A stretch of 62,746 bases of DNA, filler included, from Choristocarpus tenellus KU-1152 (lineage: Eukaryota; Protista; Phaeophyceae): assembly GCA_964200185.2 (NCBI GenBank). It is 13 parts of 13 records of this genome, joined end to end, with 100 filler letters (N's around TTAATTAATTAA, not from the genome) between each part and the next. Parts side by side here need not be neighbours in the genome. Positions count along the whole stretch, not along the records: positions 58,158 to 62,746 come from CAXNAD020013884.1; 12 more parts are not named here. The stretch is one strand, 5' to 3'. The position numbers were made by a program, and so were the translations under genes. The notes under the pieces were generated by a model. It was not told where the DNA came from. It searched no databases and saw only the letters and a program-made list of their open reading frames with translations. Below are positions 61,780 through 62,746 of the stretch, in pieces. Every line of letters starts with the position of its first letter. The stretch's first letter is position 1.

Positions 61780-62070
61780 TCACACATCAGCCGCCCATTG
61801 CTTGCACCAGGCGGTAACACTGGTGGGAGCACGAAGTAGGTCTTTAGTGAGGGCTGTCAGCACTTCATCTGGCTCGTATCGACTTCGGAATCGTAAGAGT
61901 AGACCATTGCTTCCATGACTGCCACCACTCCTAACATATTTTTTCATCATCATTGAAAAGGGTGGGACAAAAACAGATGTGGGAGGGGTGTGTGTGTGGG
62001 GGGTGAGGTAACGTGTCAAGACCTTACCGTAGATGTCCTTCAGTATATTGAAGGACTTGTTGATATCTCT
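61780..62070 (-). CDS. Candidate last two exons of an unknown gene (62070-62028, 61930-61780)
   Basis: TTCAG acceptor, GTAAGG donor and TTAG acceptor give in-frame RYQQVLQYTEGHLRSGGSHGSNGLLLRFRSRYEPDEVLTALTKDLLRAPTSVTAWCKQWAADV*. Confidence 0.45.
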   Translation of the reverse strand, partial: RDINKSFNILKDIYGKVLTRYLTPHTHTPPTSVFVPPFSMMMKKYVRSGGSHGSNGLLLRFRSRYEPDEVLTALTKDLLRAPTSVTAWCKQWAADV

Positions 62071-62746
62071 CTGAAGGAGGCAAGTGGCCTCGTCCTTTAG
62101 TTAGTGACATTTACCATGCATCAAAGGCAAGGGTTTTGGCTATGGTGGGACCTGTTCATCTTAACAACCTAATTTGGACTATGAATGATGCCCCCCAACA
62201 GCAGTAGGCAGGGGAAGTAGGAACATACATCTATACATATTACCAGCCTCTCGAGCAGTGAGCATGCCAATCACTTACAACCCCCGAAAAACTGAAGCAA
62301 CTAATGAGCCTCCTGTTCCCTCAATCCCCCGACCCAATGGTTCCTTGAAGGCAATAACAAGTCTGTACTGTTTGGAACGTGTGTGGGGGGCGTGGGGTGG
62401 GGGAAGAGGACTATACAAAAAAACAACACAGTGTTGTGTGCTTCTGAACAAACCTCGTGGATTCCACCGATTGCGCTAGTCCCTGTCTCACGAGCTGTTC
62501 AAAGGCTCGAAACATAACAGACCTAGAGAAGTTCAGAGGGCTAGTGGGGTGTTTCCTTTGGAAACCTTCGTACCTGACAGAGGTTTAATCAAAATGGCAT
62601 GGCACAGACACAGACACATATTAGACCAACAGAAAAGAGTGCATTTCATCATTCACCGATAGTGCGCTTTTTTTTTTTTTTTTTTTTTTTTTGGGGGGGG
62701 GGGCCCTAAAACCCCCCTCCTCCCCCTCTTAATAATCACAAATTCA

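Noticed and set aside
1-62746. rRNA, tRNA or snRNA genes; prokaryote-style operons or defence systems
   Set aside because: None recognised by eye. An Infernal/tRNAscan search is needed to exclude small ncRNAs.

Overview
This is eukaryotic nuclear DNA, not one continuous locus. Thirteen contig pieces are joined by twelve artificial 100-nt spacers (N44-TTAATTAATTAA-N44). GT-AG introns, a signal peptide followed by an ASAF-like plastid motif, the RTE/Copia element types and TTAGGG-like repeats point to an ochrophyte, probably a brown alga or relative (inference). Genes I could splice by hand: a plastid-targeted SOUL heme-binding protein head-to-head with a twin-CX9C GCK-domain protein, an intron-containing histone H2A.X (C-terminal SQDY), and a probably secreted RCC1-like repeat protein built from one repeat per phase-0 exon. 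Several orphan exons are also present. Much of the rest is transposon debris: three Copia remnants, a DD39D-type mariner, a piggyBac-like element, two RTE LINEs and at least four MITE families. Three MITE families share a G-R-N-Y-CAAAGTA-type terminus with mixed 3/4-bp target duplications, and MITE copies sit at half of the assembly breaks. The best leads are the modular RCC1 gene, the unclassified MITE clan, a ~255-nt hairpin, and telomere-like repeats that include one splice donor. I found no rRNA, tRNA, CRISPR array, operon or clear viral gene, and no certain new system. All calls are by eye, without database searches.
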